Origin: an uncultured Clostridia bacterium | GTDB taxonomy: Bacteria > Bacillota > Clostridia > TANB77 > CAG-508 | NCBI GenBank assembly: GCA_934177485.1 | Contig: CAKPPF010000001.1 | Location: 95,501-127,500, forward strand | DNA length: 32,000 nt | Reading direction: 5' to 3' | Shown here: positions 1-10,148 of the stretch, piece after piece | Position numbering within the stretch: position 1 is the first letter of the stretch | How the letters are laid out: each line of letters opens with the position of its first letter | Program-made: the position numbers and the translations under genes | The notes under the pieces: generated by a model | Seen by the model: only the letters and a program-made list of their open reading frames with translations | Told to the model about the DNA's origin: nothing | The model's database searches: none

Positions 1-956
1 TTGAAAAGTTTGAAAATATAGATATTGAATTTTTTAGAAAAAAATCAGTTTATGGAAGTGGAATTAAAAATTTAATCAGTTTAATATTATTTCAAATATT
101 CTTATTAAATAAACTTATCAAGTACAGAAAAAATTATGATATTATATTTTCTTGTGATTTAGATACTGGGATAATATCAAGAATTGTTTCTAAAATTTTT
201 AGAAAAAGAATGATTTATGATATATATGACTATTATATAGATTGCCATAATTTGCCTAGTTGGTTATCTAACTTTGCTGAAAGACAAGAAATAAAAAATA
301 TAAATTATGCAGATGTCACTATTATTTGTACAGAACAAAGGAAGGAACAAATAAAGAAAGCTCATCCAAAAAATTTGATAGTGATTCATAATTCACCAGA
401 GATTCCTGAGAATATTACCAATATGGAGAGTGTGGTACAAAGCAAATCAAATAAACTCAAAATAGTATATGTAGGAATCCTACAAGATGATAGAATGCTA
501 TGCGAGGTTGGTGAGGCAATAAAAAAATATCCGCAATATGAATTACATATAGGTGGATTTGGAAAATATGAAGAATATTTTAAAGATTTAGCAAAAAAAC
601 ATGAAAATATATTCTTTTATGGATCTTTAAACTATGAAAGTGTTCTAAAATTAGAAAGTGAATGTGATATATTATTTGCTACATATAATCCAAAAATCAA
701 AAATCATAAATATTCAGCACCAAATAAACTTTATGAAGCAATGGCTTTAGGTAAGCCAATAATAGTATGCAAAAATACAGGTATAGATAAAATAGTAGAA
801 GAAAATAAATTAGGAAAAGTAATAGATTATGATGCTGAAAAATTAATAAAAACATTAAAAAATATAGAAAATTATAATTTGAAAAGTACAATAAATTTGT
901 ATGAAAGCAGATATAGTTGGAGAGTAATGAAAAATAGGTTATTAAGTATATTATAA
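1..956 (+). CDS. Glycosyltransferase, GT4-like (GT-B fold), 5'-truncated by window edge
   Basis: The frame of ORF 210..956 stays open back to nt 3 (EKFENIDIEFFRKK...), so the listed Met is probably internal. The C-terminal half has a GT4-style region (APNKLYEAMALGKPIIV). It is first in a run of co-directional polysaccharide genes. Confidence 0.7.
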   Translation, partial: EKFENIDIEFFRKKSVYGSGIKNLISLILFQIFLLNKLIKYRKNYDIIFSCDLDTGIISRIVSKIFRKRMIYDIYDYYIDCHNLPSWLSNFAERQEIKNINYADVTIICTEQRKEQIKKAHPKNLIVIHNSPEIPENITNMESVVQSKSNKLKIVYVGILQDDRMLCEVGEAIKKYPQYELHIGGFGKYEEYFKDLAKKHENIFFYGSLNYESVLKLESECDILFATYNPKIKNHKYSAPNKLYEAMALGKPIIVCKNTGIDKIVEENKLGKVIDYDAEKLIKTLKNIENYNLKSTINLYESRYSWRVMKNRLLSIL

Positions 957-968
957 AAAGAGGAAAAA

Positions 969-1977
969 ATGAGATATATATTATTATTTTTATTAGTATT
1001 TTTTTTGATATTATCAAAAAAAAATACTAAATACAAAAAAGTTTTTATATTTTTTGCAGCTAGCACTTTAATAGTTTTTGCATCATTAAGAGGTAATATA
1101 TTAAATGGAAAATATTCTGGAAATGATTATCTTAGTTATAATAAATGGTTTAATAATATTGACAATATAAAGTTATCTTTAATGAATGATATTGGTTTTA
1201 ACATATTAATGTTAGTAATAAAAAAAATAACGAATTCATACCCAATATTTATTATAATTACATCAGTATTATTTGTATATTCTATATTTAAATTTTCGAT
1301 AGATAATAGTAAAGATTATTTGATATCAATTTTTATATTTATTGCGTTTGGAATATTTGAATTAGGTATATCCGCTATAAGACAATGGATAGCCGGATCA
1401 ATATTTTTATTATCGTTTAGATATGTTAAAGAAAGAAAATTTCGGAAAATATCTATTAGGAATATTGATAGCTTCTTTATTTCATAATAGTGCAATTGTA
1501 TTATTGATAGTTTATCCTTTTGTTAATATTAATATAAAAGAAAAGTATAAAATTTTAATTGCTGTATTATTAGGAACAGGGTTGTTTTTTCTAATAAAAA
1601 CCAATATTATATTTGCATATATATATAAATATTTTCCAAGTTACGAATATAAATATTTAAATATTGGAAGTGAATTAAATTCTAATTATACAGTTTTTAT
1701 TATTTCGTCATTTTGCTTATTAATTGCTGTGTTATATAAAAAAAATTTCTATAGTAAAGAACCAGAATATTCATATCAAATAAGTTTTTTAATATTATTA
1801 TGCTTATTTGCATTTTTAGCAACTTTAAATCCTATGTTTGGTAGAATGTTAGAATACTTTATGCCAGCAATACCACTTATAATACCAAGTCTAATAGATT
1901 TGTTTAATGACAGAAAGCAAAAGTTGTTAGCATTAACAATATGCACCATATTCTTTAGTATTATATATATAATGTAA
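969..1977 (+). pseudogene. EpsG/Wzy-like polysaccharide polymerase, split by a +1 frameshift near 1430-1445
   Basis: Two overlapping ORFs (969..1487 and 1423..1977) are both polytopic membrane proteins. Together (~335 aa) they match the size and layout of EpsG-family polymerases, including the ...LIASLFHNSA... region just after the junction. Removing one A from the run at 1436-1439 gives the continuous reading RYVKERNFGKYLLGILIASLFHNSA. RBS aagaggaaaaaatg precedes 969. Confidence 0.6.
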
Positions 1978-1988
1978 GGAGAAATAAA

Positions 1989-2954
1989 ATGAAAGAAACA
2001 AGCATAAGCATTATAATTCCTGTGTTTAATATAAAAAAATACATAGAAAAATGTATTTTTAGTATACTTGAACAAGATTACCAAAATTATGAAATACTAG
2101 TAATTAATGATGGATCAACAGATAATTCGGAAGAAGTTATTAGAAAAATAAGAAGTAATAAGATAAAGATAATTAATAAAGAGAATGGAGGGTTATCTTC
2201 AGCTAGAAATGAAGGAGTTAAACATGCAAAAGGCGAATATATTTGGTTCATTGATGGAGATGATTATATAGAAAGGGATTCATTAAAAACAATTAATGAA
2301 TTAGTGAATAATAAAAAATATGATATAATATCTTTTGGTTTTTATAAAGAAACTTATAATAAGAAAGAATTGCAAAGAGACGATATTGACATATTAGACA
2401 AAAAACAATACATTTTAGTAAATACATCAGCTTGTACAAAAGTATTTAATAGAACTTTTTATATAGAAAACAGATTTCATTTTTCGGAAGGTAAAATATA
2501 TGAGGATTTAAGTCTTATACCATTTATAATGTCAAAAACTCAAAATATAAAATTCATAGAAAAACCATTGTACAATTATGTATATAGAGAAAATTCTATC
2601 ATGAATAACAATATAAAATTTAATAAAAACCGAGATGATAAATTTTTTGCATTAGACAGATTGACCAAACTATTTAAAAAAAATGATACTTTTCTTAAAT
2701 ACTATTCAGAGATAGAATACTTGGTTATAAAACACTTATTAATTGTTTATTCTACTGAAATATTAAAATTTAATAAAAAAATATATAAAGACAGGTGTAA
2801 ACATGTTCTAGAATATTTAAATACTAACTATAAAGAATGGGAAAAAAATAAATATTTGATGAAAACACCGATTTTAACAAAGATATATATATATATGTTT
2901 AAAAGAAAGTTGTTTATGTTATGTAAAATAGCTTTATTATTTAAAAAAAGATAA
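1989..2954 (+). CDS. Glycosyltransferase family 2
   Basis: Classic GT2 N-terminus ISIIIPVFNIKKYIEKCIFSILEQDYQNYEILVINDGSTDNS, plus the ...FIDGDD... DXD region. RBS aaggagaaataaaatg. Confidence 0.85.
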   Translation: MKETSISIIIPVFNIKKYIEKCIFSILEQDYQNYEILVINDGSTDNSEEVIRKIRSNKIKIINKENGGLSSARNEGVKHAKGEYIWFIDGDDYIERDSLKTINELVNNKKYDIISFGFYKETYNKKELQRDDIDILDKKQYILVNTSACTKVFNRTFYIENRFHFSEGKIYEDLSLIPFIMSKTQNIKFIEKPLYNYVYRENSIMNNNIKFNKNRDDKFFALDRLTKLFKKNDTFLKYYSEIEYLVIKHLLIVYSTEILKFNKKIYKDRCKHVLEYLNTNYKEWEKNKYLMKTPILTKIYIYMFKRKLFMLCKIALLFKKR

Positions 2955-2967
2955 AAGAGGTGGTATA

Positions 2968-3687
2968 ATGATTCCTAAAACAATACATTACTGTTGGTTT
3001 GGAAATGGAAAATTTCCTAAATTAGCACAAAAATGCTTAGAAAGTTGGAAAAAATTCTGTCCAGATTATGAAATTATATGTTGGAATGAAGAAAAGTTTG
3101 ATTTAAATATAAATACATATGTAAAAGAGGCGTATGAAAATAAGAAATATGCATTTGTCACAGATTATGTTAGATTGTATGTTTTATATAACTATGGTGG
3201 TATTTACATGGATACAGATGTAGAAGCAATAAAAAGTCTTGATGAATTTTTGCAACATAAAGCCTTTTCGGGATTTGAAAATGAAACAGATATTCCAACT
3301 GGAATAATGGGAAGTGAAAAAGGTGTAAAAATTTTTAAAGAATTATTAAATTACTATGAAAGTATACATTTCAAAAAGAAAGATGGAACATTAGATATTA
3401 CATCTAATGTAACTACTATAACTAATATAATGAAAAATAAGGGATTAAAACAAAACAATGAATTACAAACAGTAGAAGAGTTTACTTTGTATCCTAAAGA
3501 GTATTTTTGCCCAATAGATTACCCAACCAAAACAAAAACTATAACAGAAAATACCTATACTATACATTGGTTTTCTGGATCATGGGTTTCTAATAAAGAT
3601 AAAGCTAAAATAAGGACTTATAATATATTAGTTAAAATTTTTGGACAAAATACAATAAATAAAATATTAGTAAAAAAAAGGAAATAA
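2968..3687 (+). CDS. Glycosyltransferase with DXD motif (GT32 / Gly_transf_sug-like capsular sugar transferase)
   Basis: N-terminal IPKTIHYCWFGNGKFP, then YAFVTDYVRLYVLYNYGGIYMDTDVE (DXD), typical of the GT32/OCH1-like family. RBS agaggtggtataatg. Confidence 0.75.
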   Translation: MIPKTIHYCWFGNGKFPKLAQKCLESWKKFCPDYEIICWNEEKFDLNINTYVKEAYENKKYAFVTDYVRLYVLYNYGGIYMDTDVEAIKSLDEFLQHKAFSGFENETDIPTGIMGSEKGVKIFKELLNYYESIHFKKKDGTLDITSNVTTITNIMKNKGLKQNNELQTVEEFTLYPKEYFCPIDYPTKTKTITENTYTIHWFSGSWVSNKDKAKIRTYNILVKIFGQNTINKILVKKRK

Positions 3688-3691
3688 ATAT

Positions 3692-5929
3692 ATGAAGAAA
3701 AAAAATATAGCTATAATGACATGGTATACGTATAATAATTATGGTAGTGTTTTACAAGCATATAGTTTACAGAAAGTGATTAAAAATTTAGGCTACAATG
3801 CTGATACTATTAATTTTTCACCCAAAGTACAAAATTTAAATTTAAAAGAAAAAATAAAATTTGAAAATATAAAAAAGAGATTACTACAAGAGAAAAAAAA
3901 TATTAAAAACAGTATTAATGAAAAAGACATTAAGTTTCAAAATTTTAGAACGAAAGAAATGAGCTTTACACCTAAATGTAACAATGTAACTGATTTATTT
4001 TTATTGAATGATGTTTATGATAAATTTATTTGTGGAAGTGATCAAATATGGGCACCAACAGTTTTTGATGAAAATTATTTTTTAAGTTTTGTAACAGATA
4101 AATCTAAAAAAATTTCTTATGCTCCGAGTATAGGGCTACCAACGATCGAAAATCTAAGTATAAAAGAAAATGTTAAAAAACTTATTAATGAATTCAGCAG
4201 TTTATCAATTAGAGAAGAACAGGGAAAGAAAATATTACAAGAATTAACCACTAAAGAAATAAATGTGGTTTTGGATCCTACATTACTATTAACAAAAGAA
4301 GAGTGGAATGAACAATTTTCATTGAAAGAATATAATAATGATGATTATATTGTTTTTTATTGCTTAAAAAACAACAAAAAACAATATAGTACTGCAAAAA
4401 AGATTGCTAAAAAGTTAAACAAACAATTAAAAATAATTCCTGGTAACATAGAAGATTACCAAAAAAAAGAAACTATTAATGCGTCACCTGAAGAATTTCT
4501 GAAACTTATATACAATGCATATATGGTAATTACAGATTCTTTTCATGGAACAATTTTTGCAATAAATTTTAATGTGCCATTTTTAACATTTAAACGATTT
4601 AAGGATGATAGACTATCACAAAATTCTAGAATATATAATATACTAAGAAAAACAAATCTTGAAGGAAGATTATATAATGATAATTTGGATTATTTTATTA
4701 ATAATGTAAAGTTGAATTTCAATGAAGCAAATAAAATTTTAGATATTGAAAGAAAAAAAAGCATGAATTTTTTAAAGTATTCAATACAACTTCCTAATAT
4801 TAGAGAAAATCAAAAAAAAATAACTAATTTGTGCACAGGATGCGGGATGTGTTCAGTAGTTTGTCCAACAAAAGCTATTTCACTTAAACTCAACGAAAAT
4901 GGGTTTTATCATTATGATATTGATAACAGTAAGTGTATCAATTGTAATCAGTGTATAATGGTTTGTGGACAATTAAGAAAAAATATGGATAGTATTAAAA
5001 ATATGAAATTATATAGTGCATATTCATTAGATGAAAATGTATTACAAAAATCATCTTCAGGAGGGGTAGCATATGAATTATCAAAATATGCAATAGAACA
5101 TAATTTGCAAGTTGTTGGATGCACGTATGATCTTAAGAATAATAAAGCCAAACATATAATTGTAGGCAATATTAATGAATTAGACAAATTATCAGGAAGT
5201 AAATATTTACAGAGTGATACAGCGGAAGCATTTAAAAAAATAGAAAAAATGAAAAGTGGACTAGTAATTGGTACACCGTGTCAGATAAATTCAATAGATA
5301 GATATTTAAGAAATGCAAACAAAAGAAGTGAATTTATATTAGTTGATTTAATATGTCATGGAGTTCCAACCTATTTTTTGTGGAACAAATATATATCACA
5401 ATTTCCAGAGATAGATAGTGTGATCTTTAGAAATAAAAAATATGGATGGGAAAAAAAATATATAAGTATTAATAAAAAATATAATAAACCAGATAACAAA
5501 GATTTGTTTTATAGTTTTTTTGAAAATAGTATCGCATATAATGATGCTTGTTATAATTGTAAATATAGGACAGAAACAAATGCAGATTTAAGGATAGGAG
5601 ACTATTGGGGAAAACAACATAAAAAAAACAATAATGGTATTAGTATGATAATTTGTAATACTAATAGAGGACAACAGATTATTAATCAATTATCATGTAA
5701 AAGAATTAAATTAGAAAAAGAAAATATAGATGACTATTTTAATTTTCAACAAATTAATAATATTCCTATACCTATTAATAATGAACAGATAATTAATGAA
5801 TTAAAATCAAATGAAAATAATCTGAAAAAAATATCTAATAAGTATTGTAAAAAAATAATAAAAAATAAAAAAGCAGAAAAAATCATTATACATATTTATA
5901 ATAGAATAAAGGGTAAAAAAAATGGATAG
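3692..5929 (+). CDS. Fusion protein: polysaccharide pyruvyl transferase (N-terminal) + 2x[4Fe-4S] ferredoxin + coenzyme F420 hydrogenase/dehydrogenase beta-subunit-like (FrhB/FdhB-like) domain (C-terminal)
   Basis: The N-terminus KKNIAIMTWYTYNNYGSVLQAYSLQKVI and the later ITDSFHGTIFAINFNVPF are pyruvyl-transferase-like. The central CTGCGMCSVVCP...CINCNQCIMVCG gives two Cx2Cx2Cx3C clusters. The tail (SSGGVAYELS..., GTPCQINS..., LICHGVPT..., GDYWG) resembles FrhB-like proteins. It is one uninterrupted 745-aa ORF. Confidence 0.7.
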   Translation: MKKKNIAIMTWYTYNNYGSVLQAYSLQKVIKNLGYNADTINFSPKVQNLNLKEKIKFENIKKRLLQEKKNIKNSINEKDIKFQNFRTKEMSFTPKCNNVTDLFLLNDVYDKFICGSDQIWAPTVFDENYFLSFVTDKSKKISYAPSIGLPTIENLSIKENVKKLINEFSSLSIREEQGKKILQELTTKEINVVLDPTLLLTKEEWNEQFSLKEYNNDDYIVFYCLKNNKKQYSTAKKIAKKLNKQLKIIPGNIEDYQKKETINASPEEFLKLIYNAYMVITDSFHGTIFAINFNVPFLTFKRFKDDRLSQNSRIYNILRKTNLEGRLYNDNLDYFINNVKLNFNEANKILDIERKKSMNFLKYSIQLPNIRENQKKITNLCTGCGMCSVVCPTKAISLKLNENGFYHYDIDNSKCINCNQCIMVCGQLRKNMDSIKNMKLYSAYSLDENVLQKSSSGGVAYELSKYAIEHNLQVVGCTYDLKNNKAKHIIVGNINELDKLSGSKYLQSDTAEAFKKIEKMKSGLVIGTPCQINSIDRYLRNANKRSEFILVDLICHGVPTYFLWNKYISQFPEIDSVIFRNKKYGWEKKYISINKKYNKPDNKDLFYSFFENSIAYNDACYNCKYRTETNADLRIGDYWGKQHKKNNNGISMIICNTNRGQQIINQLSCKRIKLEKENIDDYFNFQQINNIPIPINNEQIINELKSNENNLKKISNKYCKKIIKNKKAEKIIIHIYNRIKGKKNG

Positions 5930-7331
5930 AAATAAACGATTATTTAAAACTACAATAATATATTTTATAGGAACGTTTGGCTCAAAATTATTAGTGTTTT
6001 TCTTAATGCCGTTATATTCATCTTACTTGTCAACAGAACAATTTGGAACTGTAAATCTAGTAACAAATATTGTTCCTTTAATAGGACCGGTATTTACATT
6101 ACAAGTAACGGAAACAATTTTTAGATTTTTATGTACAGCTAAAGATGAAAATGAAAAAAAATGTTATATAACCAATTCATTACTTGTCTTTTGTTTGGGA
6201 ATGTGTGCATTTATCTTTTTGTATATACCGATAAGTATAAAAACAAATTTTCAATATTCTTATTTGTTTAGTATATATTTTATATTTAATTATTTTTCAT
6301 TATACTTACAACAAATATTAAGAGGAATGAAAAAAAATATAGATTATTCTATTACAGGATTAATCTCAACATTAATACAATTAATAATTAATGTAATGAT
6401 GATAAAAATTATACATGAAAGAAGTATTCTATTGGCAACAGCGTTAGGAACACTAGTAATCACTATATATGCGTTATTTAGGCTGAAATTTTTTAGATAT
6501 GTAGATTTAAAATTATTTAATAAGAATATAATAAAAGAAATGATTAGGTATTCATTGCCTTTAATCCCTAATCAAATTAGTTGGTGGCTGAATGGAACAG
6601 CGGGATTATATATTTTAAAGTATTGGTGTGGTGTATCAGCTACAGGAGTGGTAAGTTTTGCTAATAAATTTCCGTCTTTATTAATGACTGTTAATAGTAT
6701 ATTCTTGTTAGCATGGACTGAAAATTCAATATATGAATATGATAGTAAGGATAAGGATAAATATTATTCTAGTAATTTAGATTATTTTTCAGTTTTTTTA
6801 ATATTGTTTTCGGCTATTTTATTACCTGTTATAAAAGTATATTATAAATTTTTTATTAATATTACATATTATGAGTCAATAAAATTAATACCTTTAATGT
6901 TCATAGCAATGATATTTAATGCAATGTCTAGTTTTATGGGGACTATATATACAGCATCAATGAAAACCAAAGGAGCTTTTTATACAACTATTATAGCAGG
7001 AATAGTGAATATAGTTGCAGATATTATTCTAATTCCTATACTTGGTATTTATGGATATTTATTAGCAAATATTGTATCGTATATTATATTTTATATTGCG
7101 AGAAAAAAATCAATTAATAAAATTATAAAATTACAATATAATTATAAGGCGTATATTTTTCCAGTAATTTTATTTTTGATTTCATCAATTATATATATGA
7201 AAACTGAAATAACATTTAATATTATAGGCTTATTTATACAAATTTTATTAATGATATATATGTATAGAAATGTGATAAAATCTCTAAAAGTAATATTTTT
7301 AGAAAAAATAAAAGATAGCAAGAAATTATAA
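5922..7331 (+). CDS. wzx: Wzx-type oligosaccharide flippase (MOP superfamily polysaccharide biosynthesis protein)
   Basis: 469 aa and about 12-14 hydrophobic helices. The N-terminus LFKTTIIYFIGTFGSKLLVFFLMPLYSSYLSTEQFG is typical of polysaccharide flippases. The start overlaps the upstream stop by 8 nt. Confidence 0.8.
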   Translation: MDRNKRLFKTTIIYFIGTFGSKLLVFFLMPLYSSYLSTEQFGTVNLVTNIVPLIGPVFTLQVTETIFRFLCTAKDENEKKCYITNSLLVFCLGMCAFIFLYIPISIKTNFQYSYLFSIYFIFNYFSLYLQQILRGMKKNIDYSITGLISTLIQLIINVMMIKIIHERSILLATALGTLVITIYALFRLKFFRYVDLKLFNKNIIKEMIRYSLPLIPNQISWWLNGTAGLYILKYWCGVSATGVVSFANKFPSLLMTVNSIFLLAWTENSIYEYDSKDKDKYYSSNLDYFSVFLILFSAILLPVIKVYYKFFINITYYESIKLIPLMFIAMIFNAMSSFMGTIYTASMKTKGAFYTTIIAGIVNIVADIILIPILGIYGYLLANIVSYIIFYIARKKSINKIIKLQYNYKAYIFPVILFLISSIIYMKTEITFNIIGLFIQILLMIYMYRNVIKSLKVIFLEKIKDSKKL

Positions 7332-7384
7332 AATTTAAATAATATGAATATTAGCAAGGTTACTATTATAAAAAGGAGAAAAAC

Positions 7385-8488
7385 ATGAAAAAAGTTATGT
7401 TAGTTTTTGGCACAAGACCAGAAGCAATAAAAATGTGTCCATTAGTAAAAGAATTAAAGAAAAGAAATAATATTGAGACTATATTATGCGTTACAGGTCA
7501 ACACAAAGAAATGCTACAACAGGTTTTAGATTGCTTTGAAGTCGTGCCAGATTATAATTTGGATATAATGAAAGATAAACAAACATTATTTGATATAACT
7601 TCAAATATAATGCTAAAAATTAAAAAGGTTTTAGAAGAAGTAAAACCTGATTTAATATTAGTACATGGTGATACCACTACTACATTTGCTACTGCATTAT
7701 CAGCCTTTTATATGCAAATCCCAGTGGGGCATGTTGAAGCAGGATTAAGAACATATAATATATATTCGCCATATCCAGAGGAATTTAACAGACAAGCTAC
7801 AGGAATTATCTCAGAGCTTAATTTTGCACCAACTGAGACATCTAAACAAAATTTAATTAATGAAGGAAAAGATAAAAACAAGATATTTGTTACAGGAAAT
7901 ACAGCAATTGACGCACTAAAAACAACAGTAAGAGATGATTATAAAAACGATGAATTAGAATGGGCAAGTGACAGTAGATTGATAATGTTAACAGCACATA
8001 GAAGAGAAAACTTAGGGAAGCCATTAGAAAATATGTTTAGAGCAATACGAAGAATAGTTGATGAGTTTTCAGATGTAAAGGTTATATATCCAATACATAA
8101 AAATCCAGTTGTAAGAGAATGCGCAAATAGAATTCTTGGAAATGATGACAAAATTAGATTAATAGAACCACTTGAAGTTTTAGATTTTCATAATTTTTTA
8201 GCTAAATCATATTTGATTTTGACAGATAGCGGAGGAATACAAGAAGAAGCCCCATCACTTGGAAAACCTGTTCTTGTTATGAGGGATACCACAGAAAGAC
8301 CAGAAGGAATAAAAGCAGGTACATTAAGATTGGTTGGTACAGAAGAAGAAAATATTTATAATAACTTTAAAGAACTTTTAACAAACCAGAAAGAATATAA
8401 AAAAATGAGCAAAGCATGTAATCCGTATGGTGATGGACATGCATGCGAAAAAATAGCGGATATAGTAGAAAAGTTTTTGAATAAATAG
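7385..8488 (+). CDS. wecB: UDP-N-acetylglucosamine 2-epimerase (non-hydrolysing)
   Basis: MKKVMLVFGTRPEAIKMCPLVKELK..., HVEAGLRT, LTDSGGIQEEAPSLGKPVLVMRDTTERPEG are near-canonical WecB/MnaA motifs. RBS aaaggagaaaaacatg. Confidence 0.92.
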   Translation: MKKVMLVFGTRPEAIKMCPLVKELKKRNNIETILCVTGQHKEMLQQVLDCFEVVPDYNLDIMKDKQTLFDITSNIMLKIKKVLEEVKPDLILVHGDTTTTFATALSAFYMQIPVGHVEAGLRTYNIYSPYPEEFNRQATGIISELNFAPTETSKQNLINEGKDKNKIFVTGNTAIDALKTTVRDDYKNDELEWASDSRLIMLTAHRRENLGKPLENMFRAIRRIVDEFSDVKVIYPIHKNPVVRECANRILGNDDKIRLIEPLEVLDFHNFLAKSYLILTDSGGIQEEAPSLGKPVLVMRDTTERPEGIKAGTLRLVGTEEENIYNNFKELLTNQKEYKKMSKACNPYGDGHACEKIADIVEKFLNK

Positions 8489-8662
8489 CATAATAGGTTA
8501 ATATAAATTCGCTATAACATTTTATAATAATTGACTTCTTGATAACATTAAATTTTTTGAATAAAAAAGATTATATACTTGAAATTAACTTTGGATTTTC
8601 TGATTTTTTTTACTCAAATTGAGGAGAAGAATATAGCAAAGTCACTTTTTTAGTATATTATA

Positions 8663-8691
8663 TTGCAAAAAAATATTAAAATAGATATAAT
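8663..8691 (+). promoter_or_regulatory. Sigma-A-type promoter for the cpsC-D-B operon (TTGCAA-17-TATAAT)
   Basis: -35 TTGCAA at 8663-8668, an exact 17-nt spacer, and -10 TATAAT at 8686-8691. It sits in the 237-nt gap between wecB and the chain-length determinant gene, about 35 nt upstream of the ATG. Confidence 0.5.
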
Positions 8692-8725
8692 AAAATAGAA
8701 ATTTTTACAGATGAGGAGAGTTTAA

Positions 8726-9439
8726 ATGGAGGAGCTAGATTTAAAAGAATTATTTTCAATATTTTGGAATAAAAGGCTTGAGATATTGCTTATAACATTA
8801 GTTTTTTTGGCTATGGGAATTACATATTCATATTTTTTTGTTAAACCAGAGTATAAAGCATCTACTAATATGGTTTTAGTACAAAGTTCAGCTACATCTA
8901 AAAATGGAGAAAGTGCAATTACAACCACAGATATAACAATGAATTCAAAACTTATTTCTACATATAGTGCACTTATTAAAAGAAATGCTGTACTTGGAAA
9001 AGTTGCAAGTAATTTAAATTTATCTGAAGAAGAAATAGAAAAAGTTAAAGATAAAATTACAGTAAAATCTGTTCAAGATACAGAAATAATAGAAATAACA
9101 GTAAAAGATAAAGACCCTAATTTTGCAGCAAAAGTTGCAAACGAAATTGCAACAGTTTTTAGCGAAAAAATTGTTGAAATATATAATATGAGCAATGTAT
9201 ATATATTAGATAAAGCAGAGCCAGAAACACAACCATGTAATATAAATCATGGAAAAGATATTGCTATTTTCGCTTTCATTGGACTGGTAATATCAGCAAT
9301 GGTTATATTGGTATTAAATATGTTGGACACAACAATAAAAACTGAAGAGGATATAGAAAAAGCAACTAAATTAATGGTGTTGACACTAATTCCAACATAT
9401 GATGGCGGAAAAAAAGTAAAAAAAGGAGGTAGAAGATAA
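8726..9439 (+). CDS. cpsC: Polysaccharide chain-length determinant / tyrosine-kinase modulator (Wzz/CpsC/CapA type)
   Basis: Two terminal TM helices flank a soluble loop. N-terminal LDLKELFSIFWNKRLEILLITLVFLAMGITYSYFFVKPEYKAS is the Wzz signature region. The gene abuts the BY-kinase gene, with ATG and TAA overlapping at 9437-9441. Confidence 0.85.
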   Translation: MEELDLKELFSIFWNKRLEILLITLVFLAMGITYSYFFVKPEYKASTNMVLVQSSATSKNGESAITTTDITMNSKLISTYSALIKRNAVLGKVASNLNLSEEEIEKVKDKITVKSVQDTEIIEITVKDKDPNFAAKVANEIATVFSEKIVEIYNMSNVYILDKAEPETQPCNINHGKDIAIFAFIGLVISAMVILVLNMLDTTIKTEEDIEKATKLMVLTLIPTYDGGKKVKKGGRR

Positions 9440-10137
9440 TGAAAAAAGAATTATTTATTCAAAAAGATCCAAAATCTCCAATTGCAGAAATATTTAGAAC
9501 ATTAAGAACAAATTTACAATTTATGAATACAAAAAACGAGCTTAGAAGTATATTAATAACTTCAACTGTACCTGGTGAAGGTAAAACATGGATTGCATCT
9601 AACCTAGCGGTTACATTTGCTTTAGCAGGAAAAAGAGTATTAATAATAGACGCAGATATGAGAAAAGGAAGAATTGCAAATGTTTTTAAAGCAAGGCCAA
9701 CACCTGGATTTTCAAACTTCTTGTCTGGGATTTCTGCAGACGGAGTAATAGCAAAAGAAAATATCCTTAATATTATTCAAGCAGCTGAAGTTGAAAACTT
9801 ATTTGTTGTAACAGCCGGAAATACTCCACCAAACCCATCAGAATTATTAGAAGAAGATAAGCTTGATAGAATGATGGAACAATTAAATAAACGTTTTGAT
9901 ATAATTATTTTTGATGGTACTCCAAGCATGTTAGTAACAGACGCAACGATTATTTCTAGAATTGTTGACACAACAATTATTGTATCTGCTTATAACATAA
10001 CTAAAAAAGAAGACTTAACAAGAGTTAAGAGAAACATAGAAAATGTTGGCGGGAAAATTGCTGGTGTAGTATTAAACAAAATCCCTGCAAAAACAAAAGG
10101 ATATACATACGGTTACTATTATGGTAGAGAAGAATAA
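9439..10137 (+). CDS. cpsD: Capsular tyrosine-protein kinase (BY-kinase, CpsD/CapB type)
   Basis: Walker A TSTVPGEGKTW, Walker A' VLIIDADMRKG, Walker B IIIFDGTP, and a C-terminal tyrosine cluster KGYTYGYYYGREE. Confidence 0.9.
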   Translation: MKKELFIQKDPKSPIAEIFRTLRTNLQFMNTKNELRSILITSTVPGEGKTWIASNLAVTFALAGKRVLIIDADMRKGRIANVFKARPTPGFSNFLSGISADGVIAKENILNIIQAAEVENLFVVTAGNTPPNPSELLEEDKLDRMMEQLNKRFDIIIFDGTPSMLVTDATIISRIVDTTIIVSAYNITKKEDLTRVKRNIENVGGKIAGVVLNKIPAKTKGYTYGYYYGREE

Positions 10138-10148
10138 TAGGAGGAAAA

